The position numbers and the translations under genes are program-made. Source: Candidatus Dormiibacterota bacterium (GTDB taxonomy: Bacteria > Chloroflexota > Dormibacteria > Aeolococcales > Aeolococcaceae). From it: a DNA stretch of 64,000 nt. Location: the NCBI GenBank assembly GCA_035652335.1, contig DASRDZ010000072.1:26081-90080 (forward strand), in the 5' to 3' direction. Below the pieces are notes generated by a model. The model did no database searches. It saw only the letters and a program-made list of their open reading frames with translations, and had not been told where the DNA came from. Positions 25,121-39,463 of this stretch are shown one piece after another (the stretch's first letter is position 1; each line of letters starts with the position of its first letter).

Positions 25121-26050
25121 TCAGGCGGCCGTCGCGGCGTCGCGGGTGCGCAGGTAGCGCTGGATGCCGGCGGCGTTGCTGTGGAAGCCGTTGAGCAGCT
25201 CCAGCTTCTCGCGTGCGCGCTCCGAGGCCTCGTCCGGCGACTCGGCGAAGCGCTCGGCCAGGGCGGCGGCGATGTCGTCGACGCCCGCCTCCTCGCTCTC
25301 GCGCATCACCTGCTCGGCGACGCCGACCCACTCGTGCAGCACGCGCTCCGCCTCGTCGAGGGTGGCCAGGGCGTCGGGCACGGGGCCGAAGTGGGTGAGC
25401 ACCACCTGCGTCGGTCGCAGCTCGGCGAAGCGGCGCAGCGAGGCGACCGCCTGCTCCAGGTCGAAGTCGGGCGGTGGCACGGCGGGGCGGAGCACGCCCA
25501 CCTCGGGGAGCCGCACCCCGACGGCGTCGCCGACCAGCAGCGTGCCGGTGTGCTCGTCGAGCACGGCGTGGTGGTGCTTGGCATGGCCGGGTGAGTCGAC
25601 GAGCGTCAGCACCCGTCCGTTGCCGACGTCGATGCGGTACCCGTCGCCGGCGGCGACGAGGCGCTCGCCGGGCACCGCCTTCATCCGCCCGTACAGCGAG
25701 TCGAGCAGCGGCCCGTAGACGCGCGCCGCGGAGTCGACGAGGCGGGTCGGGTCGGCGAGATGCCTCGCCCCGCGCTCGTGGACCACCACAGTGGCGTTGG
25801 GGAAGGCCTCGGCCAGGTCGCCGATGCCGCCGGCGTGGTCGAGGTGGATGTGAGTGAGCACCAGCCAGCGCAGGTCGCGCGGCCCGACGCCGGCGGCGTC
25901 GAGCGTCCGGCGCACCGTCTCCACACCCGTGCGCGCGCCGGTCTCGACCAGTGCGGGCTGCGGGCCGTCGATCAGGAAGCCGGCGGTCAGCTGGTCCCAG
26001 CCCCCGAGCATGGTGTCGAGCTGGCGGATCCCCGGAGCGATCTCCTCCAT
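25121..26050 (-). CDS. MBL-fold metallo-hydrolase
   Basis: An intact HxHxDH motif (THIHLDHAGG) is present, with downstream His/Asp ligand blocks (SPGHAKHH). Confidence 0.85.
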   Translation of the reverse strand: MEEIAPGIRQLDTMLGGWDQLTAGFLIDGPQPALVETGARTGVETVRRTLDAAGVGPRDLRWLVLTHIHLDHAGGIGDLAEAFPNATVVVHERGARHLADPTRLVDSAARVYGPLLDSLYGRMKAVPGERLVAAGDGYRIDVGNGRVLTLVDSPGHAKHHHAVLDEHTGTLLVGDAVGVRLPEVGVLRPAVPPPDFDLEQAVASLRRFAELRPTQVVLTHFGPVPDALATLDEAERVLHEWVGVAEQVMRESEEAGVDDIAAALAERFAESPDEASERAREKLELLNGFHSNAAGIQRYLRTRDAATAA

Positions 26051-26069
26051 CGCCAGAGCAGGGTACCCG

Positions 26070-29000
26070 CTAGTGCGTGGGGCTCGCGCTCGGGCTCGGC
26101 GTCGCCGTGGGGATGGCGTTGAGGGCGGTCAGCTGGTCGAGGTCGTGCTTCACCAGCGCCTCCTGCTGCCCGTAGGTGACGTAGTCGCCGCGCTGCAGCG
26201 CCGCCTGCGCCAGCTGCTCGTGCTGGTACAGGTCGACGAGGAGCTGGTAGACCTGCGGCGACACCCCGCCCGGCGGCGAGGGCGACGGCGTCGCGCCGGG
26301 TGACGGCGTGGGCGTCGGCCCGCTGGGCGGACTCGTCCCTCCGCTGCTGGTCGGGGCCCCTGGGATGGCCTGCCCGAAGAGGTCGGCCAGCGCCTGGCCG
26401 AAGGTGGCGTCCATCACCACCGCGTTCTGGGTGCCGACGATGACGTACTTGAGCTGCGGGAAGCTGCCGTTGGACGCCTGCACGTAGAGGGGCCGCACGT
26501 AGAGGAAGGAGCGGTTGTTGAAGGGCAGCACGATGACGTTGCCCAGCACCACGTTGGAGCCGCCGCCGCGCAGCAGGGTGAGCTGCGGGCTGATCTTCTG
26601 GTCGGTGTTGATGTTGTTGTCGAACTGCAGCGCGCCGAGCACGTTGGCCGCGTTGTTGATGGGCACCGCCACCAGCTTCGGTTTGTCGCTCGTGGTGTAG
26701 TCGGACTCCGCCGCCAGCCACGCGGTCATGTTGTTGTTTGCCGTGCCGCCGGCGGCGTTGGCCGCGGGAGAAAATGTCTGCAGCAGCACGAACTGCGGCT
26801 GCGTCGTCCCGGGCAGGGTCAGCTCGACGTAGTACGCCTGGGTCTCCTGCTGGTTGCCGTTGATCTGCTCCTCGGCGAGGCGCCACAGGTCGCTGCGGTT
26901 GTAGAGCACGCCCGGGTCGGTGATGTGCACCGCGGTGAAGGCCTCGGCCTGGTCGTGGAACATGTCCTCGGGGTAGCGCAGGTGCTGGCGCAGCGACATC
27001 GGCATCTGGTCGAGCGGGGTGAGCAGGCCGGGGAAGATCGACATGTAGGTCGCCGTGATCGGCTCGCTGGGATCGACCGCGTACAGCGTGGTGGCGCAGG
27101 TGCGGGCGTCGATGGTCGCCTTCACCGCGTTGCGCATGTACGAGGTGCCGTCGCTCTGCTGGAAGGAGTCGGGGAAGCGGTCGCTGGTGACGTAGGCGTC
27201 GACGATCCAGACCAGGTGCCCGCTCTGCGGGTCGGCCACCACGTAGGGGTCGCCGTCGATGGTCAGCCAGGGGGCGAGCTGCTGGATGCGGTCGGTGACC
27301 TGGCGGTGCAGCAGCACGCGGGAGTCGCTCGTCGTCTGGCTGGTGAGGAAGAGGTCGAGGCTGCCGAACTGGTTGAGCGAGAGGGCCAGCTTGTCGAAGC
27401 CGCCCGGCATGGCCATGCCGCCGTCGGTGCCGAAGTGGGTCGTCTTGTCACCGCTGCCCGAGGGGTAGTCGAACTCCGCCTGGTTGGTGTTGGCGACGAC
27501 CGGCTGGGTGGTGGACAGCCCGCAGTAGATGCGCGGGTCCTTGACGTTGAGGTCGGGCGGCGCGTTGGGAGCCTCCAGCGCCAGCGGCTGCCCGCCCGCC
27601 AGGACGTCCGGCTTGCCCTCGTTGCCGACGGTGTTGACCGACACCGCGGTGATGCCGTAGCCGTGGGTGAAGTTGAGCGCCCGGTTGACGAAGGTGTTGC
27701 TGGGGATGCTGCTCTCGCTGATCTCGCGCGGGCTCAGCATCACCTCGGTCTCGCTGCCGTCGGGCGCCTTGTAGCGGTCGACGGTGACGGTGGGGAAGGT
27801 CTGGTAGGCGCGGCTGCGGTCGATCTGGGCGAAGGTGTCGGGCAGCTCGCGGAAGTCCTGGATGCGCACGTTGGCCAGGGTCCCGGGGTCGGTGGCCAGG
27901 TCGGCGGGCGTGGGCGCCGTGGGAGCCGTGCCCGGCGGGTTGCCGAACTGCTGCTTGTTGACGTCGCGCCCGTCCTGCAGCGCCCAGGCGTCGCGCGAGG
28001 TGGTCAGGTAGTCGGACATGGCCGGCGACTGGGCCGTCTGCGCGTTGGGGTTGACGCTCGCGTTCTGGTAGATGGCGGCGGGAATTCCCTGCGACAGTCC
28101 CGCCAGGAGCAGCCAGCCGAGCAGCAGCCCACCCAGCCCGATGCCGGTCCCGACCGGCGAGCCGCGCCGCCGCGCCAGCACCACCACGATTGCGGCGACG
28201 GCGAACCCCACCGCCACCCACTGCAGCGCGCCCAGCACCGGGCGGATGACGTTGCGCTGGGTGGCGTCGAGGCCGACGAAGTTGTCGTGCTGCGAGGTGG
28301 AGAGGTGGAAGACGCCGAAGTGCGCGCTGAGCGCGGCGAGGACGAACACCGCCGCCAGCACCCCGCCGCCGTGCATCACCGCGGTGCGCAGCGTGTCGCG
28401 CGCGGTGCGGCCGGGCGGCGGGTGCAGCGGCAGCGGCAGCTCCTCTGGTGAGGTCTCCACCACCACCGCCAGCAGCGCCAGGGCGATGGTGGCGATGAGG
28501 GCGACGATCACCGCACCCCAGGCGAGCCCGATGATGTGGTCGATCACCGGCAGGGTGAAGAGGAAGAACGAGTAGTCCTGCCCGAAGACCGGGTCGCTGC
28601 GGCCGAAGCTGTGCCCGTTCATCCAGAGCAGCACGTCCTGCCACTGCTGGGCGAGGTAGATGCCGCCCGAGATGCCCACGATCAGCGCCAGCGCGATGCC
28701 CGACCACAGCGCGATGCGGCCACCGCGGCGGTCGAGCGCACCGGCGGCGACGACCCAGAGCGGGATGTTCAGCGCCACCAGGCCACCCGTGACCGCCACG
28801 CCCACCAGGAAGAGGACGACCTGGGTCCAGAACGGCGTCCAGAACACGTTGCTGTGGCCGAGGCTGCCCAGGAAGAGCAGCTGGACGCGCAGTCCCATCA
28901 GGGAGAAGAGGACGACCAGGATGAGCACGATCGCCGCGATGACGCCGAGGATGATGCGGCGCCGGCGGGGGAAGAGCGGACCGCTGCGAACCACGCGTGG

Positions 29001-29075
29001 GCGTGCCCCGAACGGCGGCCGGCCGCCGAAGGGCGGACGTCCCGGCTCGCGGCGGGGATCGAAGAACGCGCTCAT
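26070..29075 (-). CDS. UPF0182 family large membrane protein
   Basis: 1001 aa with an N-terminal multi-TM region and a large soluble domain. The layout and blocks (NFTHGYGITAV, LRYPEDMF) match UPF0182 as seen in actinobacteria. Confidence 0.8.
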   Translation of the reverse strand: MSAFFDPRREPGRPPFGGRPPFGARPRVVRSGPLFPRRRRIILGVIAAIVLILVVLFSLMGLRVQLLFLGSLGHSNVFWTPFWTQVVLFLVGVAVTGGLVALNIPLWVVAAGALDRRGGRIALWSGIALALIVGISGGIYLAQQWQDVLLWMNGHSFGRSDPVFGQDYSFFLFTLPVIDHIIGLAWGAVIVALIATIALALLAVVVETSPEELPLPLHPPPGRTARDTLRTAVMHGGGVLAAVFVLAALSAHFGVFHLSTSQHDNFVGLDATQRNVIRPVLGALQWVAVGFAVAAIVVVLARRRGSPVGTGIGLGGLLLGWLLLAGLSQGIPAAIYQNASVNPNAQTAQSPAMSDYLTTSRDAWALQDGRDVNKQQFGNPPGTAPTAPTPADLATDPGTLANVRIQDFRELPDTFAQIDRSRAYQTFPTVTVDRYKAPDGSETEVMLSPREISESSIPSNTFVNRALNFTHGYGITAVSVNTVGNEGKPDVLAGGQPLALEAPNAPPDLNVKDPRIYCGLSTTQPVVANTNQAEFDYPSGSGDKTTHFGTDGGMAMPGGFDKLALSLNQFGSLDLFLTSQTTSDSRVLLHRQVTDRIQQLAPWLTIDGDPYVVADPQSGHLVWIVDAYVTSDRFPDSFQQSDGTSYMRNAVKATIDARTCATTLYAVDPSEPITATYMSIFPGLLTPLDQMPMSLRQHLRYPEDMFHDQAEAFTAVHITDPGVLYNRSDLWRLAEEQINGNQQETQAYYVELTLPGTTQPQFVLLQTFSPAANAAGGTANNNMTAWLAAESDYTTSDKPKLVAVPINNAANVLGALQFDNNINTDQKISPQLTLLRGGGSNVVLGNVIVLPFNNRSFLYVRPLYVQASNGSFPQLKYVIVGTQNAVVMDATFGQALADLFGQAIPGAPTSSGGTSPPSGPTPTPSPGATPSPSPPGGVSPQVYQLLVDLYQHEQLAQAALQRGDYVTYGQQEALVKHDLDQLTALNAIPTATPSPSASPTH

Positions 29076-29150
29076 GAGGTGCGCGCGCAGTGTACGCGTC
29101 CCGCCGGGCCTTGCTCCCCCACCAGGCGCGCGAAGCGCCCGGAGCTCTGG

Positions 29151-29456
29151 CTAGCGGCGGCTCAGCAGGAGGCGGACGTCGAAGGGATCGCGCCGGCGGC
29201 GGACGCGACGCGAGGCGACCTCGGGCCGGAGCTGCACCATGTACGGCTCCTGCTGCCGGAGGACCTCCTCGATGGCGTCGGCCACCAGCATCCCCACCTT
29301 GATCGTGGGCACGCGGTCCGCGACCAGGTCGGCGATCCGCTCGTTGACCACGGTGACGTCGAGCTCGTGAGCGTGCTCCAGAACCTCGAGACAGTCGTCG
29401 AGGCGGCGGAGCCGGATACGGCGCTCGTCTGCGTCCGGGGACATGGGCGAGATCAT
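29151..29456 (-). CDS. Hypothetical protein (about 101 aa, basic C-terminus)
   Basis: The ORF has strong G/C third-position bias throughout. Start placed at ATG 29456 (MISPMSPDADE). I recognise no family. Confidence 0.5.
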   Translation of the reverse strand: MISPMSPDADERRIRLRRLDDCLEVLEHAHELDVTVVNERIADLVADRVPTIKVGMLVADAIEEVLRQQEPYMVQLRPEVASRRVRRRRDPFDVRLLLSRR

Positions 29457-29615
29457 GCCGGTGACCGTACCGCATCGCCCCGCCCCTGCGGATGCCCGCA
29501 TGGCAACGCAATGATCAAGCGCGCCACGCGTGTGTCACGGCAGATCCCGCGCACGTGACGGCGGCCCGGAGGGGGCGGTGTGGGACGCCCTCGCCCGGGC
29601 CGCCGGCACCCGCCT

Positions 29616-29825
29616 CTAGTCGACGGCCGCCTCGGAGACGACCTCACGCCCGGTGACCTCGACGGCAGCGACCGCCGTGGCCTCCGGCGACGCCTGGCGG
29701 GTCTGCTCCAGCCAGCCGTCCCAGGTGAAGGCCTCGAGGCTGCAGGCGGTGTCGGTGTCGACGGGGCCGCCGGGCGTGATCAGGGTCTCGCCGGCGAGCA
29801 CCTCGGCAATCAGCGTCAGTACCAC
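29616..29825 (-). CDS. Hypothetical small acidic protein (69 aa)
   Basis: GTG 29825 is preceded by a GGAGG Shine-Dalgarno about 9 nt upstream. The ORF has high GC3 and lies immediately downstream of uvrA. I recognise no family. Confidence 0.5.
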   Translation of the reverse strand: MVLTLIAEVLAGETLITPGGPVDTDTACSLEAFTWDGWLEQTRQASPEATAVAAVEVTGREVVSEAAVD

Positions 29826-29947
29826 GACTGAGGTCCTCCTCGTGTTGACCGGCTGACGGTGACCTGGCCCATGATGCCGAGCCCACCGCCGCCGATGCAA
29901 GGGTCGTTGGTCGCGGGGCCCGGAATCCTCGGGCGGGCCGCACGAAA

Positions 29948-32923
<2,976 letters not shown>

Positions 32924-33015
32924 GGGAGGACTGCCTAGGGTACCCGGTCCCGGGGCCCGTGACGCCTCGGCTGCGGGCCACGCCGATGTCGTATCGCCGC
33001 CGCAGAGACGACGAC

Positions 33016-33046
33016 GGCCGCGGCGGTCACGCTGACCACCGCGGCC
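33016..33046 (-). terminator. Strong GC hairpin downstream of clpC (candidate terminator, no U-tract)
   Basis: GGCCGCGGcGGTCA-cgc-TGACCaCCGCGGCC forms 13 bp with one mismatch, 25 nt after the clpC stop. Confidence 0.4.
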
Positions 33047-33070
33047 GTGAAAGCCGTGTGCTGGGAAGGC

Positions 33071-35581
<2,511 letters not shown>

Positions 35582-35668
35582 GTGCTGGGTCTCCTGGTGC
35601 CAGGGCTCGCGCGGTTGGGCCCCCTTGGAGAAAGGGGTGACCCGGTCCGCCCGGTCCTGAGCGCCTCC

Positions 35669-35699
35669 ATTATGCCCACCGGGCGAACCAGCGAATCAA
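35669..35699 (-). promoter_or_regulatory. Candidate sigma70-type promoter of clpC (-35 TTGATT, -10 CATAAT on minus strand)
   Basis: The minus strand reads TTGATT-N19-CATAAT about 90 nt upstream of the clpC start. The spacer is long, so the call is tentative. Confidence 0.3.
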
Positions 35700-35890
35700 C
35701 TTGCGCCGTGCCCGAAGTGCAACAGGGTTGTGTTGGGGCCGAACGTCCTGTTAAAGAACGCGGCGCCCGGCGGTTCAGGTACGCCGGACGCCGGGCCGCC
35801 TCGGGGACGGGCGATCTCAGCCGGAGGCGGGGCCGGACCCGGGACGCGGGCCGCCCGCCGGGCGGTCAGCCCACGCCGGCGCCCGGGGCG

Positions 35891-37135
35891 CTACTCCTCG
35901 TCGTCGTCCTCGTAGTCCGAGTACTCCGCGTAGTCCGGCGCGGCCCCCACCGGGGCGCCCTCGGGCTCGGCGGCGCCGTCGGTCTCGCCGGCGTCGGGCT
36001 CGTAGTCGACCCCGGGGTAGAACTCGGCGCCGCCGGCCTCCCCGGGACCGCGGCCCTGCAGCTGGCGCAGCGACAGCGAGATGCGGCGGCGCACCTTGTC
36101 GGCGTTGAGCACCATGACGGTGACCTCGTCGCCCACCTTGAGCACGTCCTCGGTGCGCTCGACGTGGTCCCAGGAGAGCTCGGAGATGTGGAGCAGCCCC
36201 TCGACGCCGTCGGCGATCTGCAGGAAGGCGCCGTACTTCTTGGTCTTGGTGACCACGCCGGTGACCGGCTTGCCGGGCGGGAAGCGGTCCTCGATGGTGT
36301 CCCAGGGGTCGGCGCTCATCTGGCGCAGCGACAGCGAGATGCGCGACAGCTCGGGGTCGAGCTTGATCACCTTGACCTCGACCTCATCGCCGACGTTGAG
36401 CATGTCGCTGACGTTGTTGATGCGGTCCCAGGACAGTTCGGAGATGTGGATCAGCCCGTCGGCGCCGCCCAGGTTGACGAAGGCGCCGTACGAGGTGAGG
36501 CCGCTGACCTTGCCGCGGATCACGTCGCCGACGTGCAGCTTCTCGAAGAGCTCCTCGCGCTGCCGCGCCCGGTCCTCGTCCTGCGCCGCGCGCTGGGAGA
36601 CGATGAGGCGGTTGCGCTTGCGGTTGACCTCGAGGATCTTGACCGGGATCTTCGTCCCCACCAGCTCCATGAGGTTGCCGCTGAACTGGCGGGCCACCTG
36701 GCTGGAGGGGAGGAAGCCGCGCAGGCCCATGATGTTGACGATGAGGCCGCCCTTGTTCTGCTCGCGGACCTCGGCGTCGATGATCTCGCCCGCCTCCTCC
36801 TTCTCCGCGGCCTTCTGCCAGATGCCCTCGGCCCGCGCCTTGCGGAGCGAGAGGACGACGTTGCCCTCGTCGTTCTCCGGCTGGATGACGTAGACCTTGA
36901 CGTTGTCGCCGGGAGCCAGCTCGACCGGCTGCTCGCCGCGGGCCTGCAGCTCGCGGTTGGAGATGATCCCCTCGGACTTGGCGCCGATGTCGACCAGAAC
37001 CTCGTCGGGATCGACGCGGACCACCGTCCCGTCGACGATGTCGCCGTGGGACAGGGCGCGGATGACGTGCTCCTCCTCGCGGAGGAGGTCTTCCATGGTG
37101 AGGTTCTCGGGGTCCTGGACTTGGGTCGGGGCCAA
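35891..37135 (-). CDS. rpsA: 30S ribosomal protein S1 (four S1 domains, acidic tail)
   Basis: Repeated S1 motifs are present (GDIVDGTVV, GEIIDAEV, GDVIRGKVSGLTSYGAFV, GKPVTGVVTKTKKYGAFL). Start placed at TTG 37135, preceded by GGAG. An alternative ATG is at 37096. Confidence 0.93.
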   Translation of the reverse strand: MAPTQVQDPENLTMEDLLREEEHVIRALSHGDIVDGTVVRVDPDEVLVDIGAKSEGIISNRELQARGEQPVELAPGDNVKVYVIQPENDEGNVVLSLRKARAEGIWQKAAEKEEAGEIIDAEVREQNKGGLIVNIMGLRGFLPSSQVARQFSGNLMELVGTKIPVKILEVNRKRNRLIVSQRAAQDEDRARQREELFEKLHVGDVIRGKVSGLTSYGAFVNLGGADGLIHISELSWDRINNVSDMLNVGDEVEVKVIKLDPELSRISLSLRQMSADPWDTIEDRFPPGKPVTGVVTKTKKYGAFLQIADGVEGLLHISELSWDHVERTEDVLKVGDEVTVMVLNADKVRRRISLSLRQLQGRGPGEAGGAEFYPGVDYEPDAGETDGAAEPEGAPVGAAPDYAEYSDYEDDDEE

Positions 37136-37269
37136 TGCGCTCCTTCTGTTTCCTGCCTGCGGTCGCCTGGGGTGGTGACAGCCGGGTCGGGGGCGGACTC
37201 GGTCCGCGGAACATGCCGCGTCGAGGCGTTGACGGGCGTGCTTCGAGGCCCGTGCCAAGCGGCTGCCGA

Positions 37270-37278
37270 AGTCTATCA
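37270..37278 (-). promoter_or_regulatory. Candidate extended -10 promoter element of rpsA (TGaTAGACT on minus strand)
   Basis: The minus strand reads TGATAGACT about 135 nt upstream of the rpsA start, immediately downstream of a repeat copy. Confidence 0.35.
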
Positions 37279-37284
37279 CCGTTC

Positions 37285-37395
37285 TTCGGCGCGCTCAGAC
37301 GCGCGCCCCACGGGGGAGGCAGATCCTCCCCCCGGCTCGCCCCCTCCTCGGCGAGCTGAAGCTCGCCGGGCGCGCTGGAGCGCGCGGGCCGCGAC
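37285..37395. repeat. Multi-hairpin interspersed repeat copy (REP/MIRU-like)
   Basis: Hairpins: GGCGCGC-tcagac-GCGCGCC, GGGGGAGG-cagat-CCTCCCCC, GGCGAGC-tgaa-GCTCGCC and GCGCGC-tgga-GCGCGC. It is colinear with the 23763 units. Confidence 0.9.
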
Positions 37396-37635
37396 CCAAC
37401 CGCTGGCGCACCCATGCTGGCGGCCCCTTTAAGAGGTGTGGGTGCCGCATCCAGACCCGTTTGACGCGATCGACGCCGCGCTCACAGAAACGCGCCCTTC
37501 GCTTAACAACTCTCTACCCGGCGTGATTACCCCTTCCGGGGGTGAGGTGGGAGCCTTTCGCCAGCGCACACCGCGCGGGGCGCGGGGCCGGCGCAGACCG
37601 CTTCTTCACCGCATCGGACAGAGAGAACAACCCCC

Positions 37636-37848
37636 ATGCGCATCACCATCACCTGCGAGGACTGCGGGCGCCGGCATCGTCTGGAGCGCAGCGTGGAACA
37701 GCCCGGCCCCATCTGGATCGTCTGCCACGACTGCGAGCTGCCCCTGCGGGCGGTGCTCGAGGAGACGCCGCACAGCCCGGAGCGCTTCCGCGAGGTCTGG
37801 TCGGAGGTGCTGGACATGAGCTCCTCCTCCTCGTCGACCTCGGCCTGA
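37636..37848 (+). CDS. Small zinc-ribbon protein (70 aa)
   Basis: Two CxxC pairs are present (CEDC ... CHDC), with high GC3 in the first about 55 codons and a Ser-rich tail. It lies upstream of the thioredoxin-TPR gene on the same strand. Confidence 0.5.
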   Translation: MRITITCEDCGRRHRLERSVEQPGPIWIVCHDCELPLRAVLEETPHSPERFREVWSEVLDMSSSSSSTSA

Positions 37849-37907
37849 GCGGCGCGCGGTCCCTGCGGGGACGCATCGTCGAGGGTCGATTGGGGTAGAA
37901 CCCCGGC

Positions 37908-38657
37908 ATGGTCATCGACGTCACCGAGTCCACCTTCGCCCAGGACGTCCTGGAGCGCTCCAGGTCCGTGCCGGTCGTCGTCGACTTCTGGGCCGCCTGG
38001 TGCGGGCCCTGCCGCAGCCTCGGTCCCCTGCTGGAGCGCGCCGCCGAGCGGCGGGAGGGCGAGGTGGTGCTGGCCAAGGTCGACGTCGACGCCAACCCCC
38101 GCCTGCAGATGCAGTTCGACATCCGCGGGATCCCGGCCGTCAAGGCCTTCCGCGACGGGAGGGTCGCGGCCGAGTTCGTCGGCGCCCAGCCGTCCAGCGT
38201 CGTCGAGCGCTTCTTCGACGGGCTCGTCCCCTCGCAGGCCGACCGCCTCGCCGCCGCCGGTGACGAGGAGTCGCTGCGCAGGGCGATCGAGTTGGACCCC
38301 GGCCACGCCACGGCCCGGGTCGGGCTGGCTCGCGGGCAGCTCGCCCACGGCAACCTCGACGAGGCGCTCGACACCCTCGGTCTGGTCGAGCACGACCCCA
38401 GGGGGGCGGCGCTCATCGCCGAGATCGAGCTCCTCCGCGACGGCGGCCTGACCGAGCCGGTGCGCGCCGCCCTGCTCCGGCTGGTCGACGGCGATCCCGC
38501 CGGCGCGCTGCCACCGCTGATCACCGCCCTGCGCCAGACGGCGGGTGAGACGCGCGACCGGCTGCGGCGCGTCGTGGTCGGCGTCTTCGCCGAGCTCGGC
38601 GAGGACCATCCGCTCACCCGCCAGCACCGTCCCGAGCTCGCCGCCGCGCTCTACTAG
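37908..38657 (+). CDS. Thioredoxin-domain plus TPR-like co-chaperone (YbbN/CnoX-like)
   Basis: The N-terminal thioredoxin fold carries WCGPC (DFWAAWCGPCRSL). The C-terminal helical repeat region is typical of YbbN. Confidence 0.85.
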   Translation: MVIDVTESTFAQDVLERSRSVPVVVDFWAAWCGPCRSLGPLLERAAERREGEVVLAKVDVDANPRLQMQFDIRGIPAVKAFRDGRVAAEFVGAQPSSVVERFFDGLVPSQADRLAAAGDEESLRRAIELDPGHATARVGLARGQLAHGNLDEALDTLGLVEHDPRGAALIAEIELLRDGGLTEPVRAALLRLVDGDPAGALPPLITALRQTAGETRDRLRRVVVGVFAELGEDHPLTRQHRPELAAALY

Positions 38658-38688
38658 CGTCTCCGGCCTTCGCGGTACCCTGGAGGCG

Positions 38689-38985
38689 ATGCCTGCGCAG
38701 TCGCCGGTCGAGGTTCCCGTCGAGTCCCCCGTCCGCCGCGAGCGGCCGGTGCGCGACTTCGGCTGGAACGTGGTGGTGTGGAACGACCCGATCACGCTGA
38801 TGTCGTACGTGGTCCTGGTGCTCCGGCGGCTCTTCGGCTACGACGAGCAGACGGCCACGCGGCTGATGCTCCAGGTGCACAACGAGGGCCGCGCGGTGGT
38901 CGCCACCCAGCCGCGCGAGCAGGCCGAGATCTCGGTGACCCGGCTGCACGCCTTCGGGCTGCAGGCGACGCTGGCCCGCGGCTGA
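38689..38985 (+). CDS. clpS: ATP-dependent Clp protease adaptor ClpS
   Basis: Start placed at ATG 38689, after GGAGG. WNVVVWNDPITLMSYVVLVLRRLFGYD...ATRLMLQVHNEGRAVV is the ClpS core. Confidence 0.92.
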   Translation: MPAQSPVEVPVESPVRRERPVRDFGWNVVVWNDPITLMSYVVLVLRRLFGYDEQTATRLMLQVHNEGRAVVATQPREQAEISVTRLHAFGLQATLARG

Positions 38986-38990
38986 GCGAC

Positions 38991-39440
38991 TTGGCCACCG
39001 TCCGCCGCCACCGCGGCCGCGTCGAGGTTCGCCTTGACGGTGACGAGCGCGGCGCGATGCTGAGCATCGTCGACGTCCTGGCCCCGCACCTCGGCCAGGT
39101 GGCGCGCACCGTGCCCCGCGCCTACGACGACCCCGAGCTGGAGGAGGAGTACTCGCGGCTGATGCGCCCCGAGGTCGAGGCCAGCCGCGACGCGGACATC
39201 GAGCTGCTGCGGGAGTCCCTGCGCAGCCAGGGCGACCGCCGCGAGCTCGACGACTCCCAGGCGCTCTCCTGGGCGCGCGCCCTCAACCACCTGCGGCTCG
39301 CCGCCGGCGCTCTGCTCGGCATCGAGGAGGACGGCTGGGACGAGGAGGCGGACCCCGCGCTGCTGGAGAGCACCGAGTTCACCATGCTCATGGCCCTGGG
39401 CTGGATGCAGGAGCGCATCATCCAGTCCCTCGAGGCTTAG
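38991..39440 (+). CDS. DUF2017-like protein (conserved ClpS neighbour)
   Basis: Acidic protein immediately after clpS, as in actinobacterial clpS-DUF2017 pairs. The TTG 38991 start is uncertain, since the frame is open further upstream. Confidence 0.6.
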   Translation: MATVRRHRGRVEVRLDGDERGAMLSIVDVLAPHLGQVARTVPRAYDDPELEEEYSRLMRPEVEASRDADIELLRESLRSQGDRRELDDSQALSWARALNHLRLAAGALLGIEEDGWDEEADPALLESTEFTMLMALGWMQERIIQSLEA

Positions 39441-39463
39441 GACCGATTCTTTACTAAGCTGCC

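Noticed and set aside
35700-35890. Possible small RNA or heat-shock operator (CIRCE/HAIR/CtsR/ClgR) between rpsA and clpC
   Set aside because: Several GC hairpins and an AACAGG-N20-CCTGTT inverted repeat are present, but none matches the known operator consensus sequences I can recall. They are more simply explained as rpsA terminator structures.
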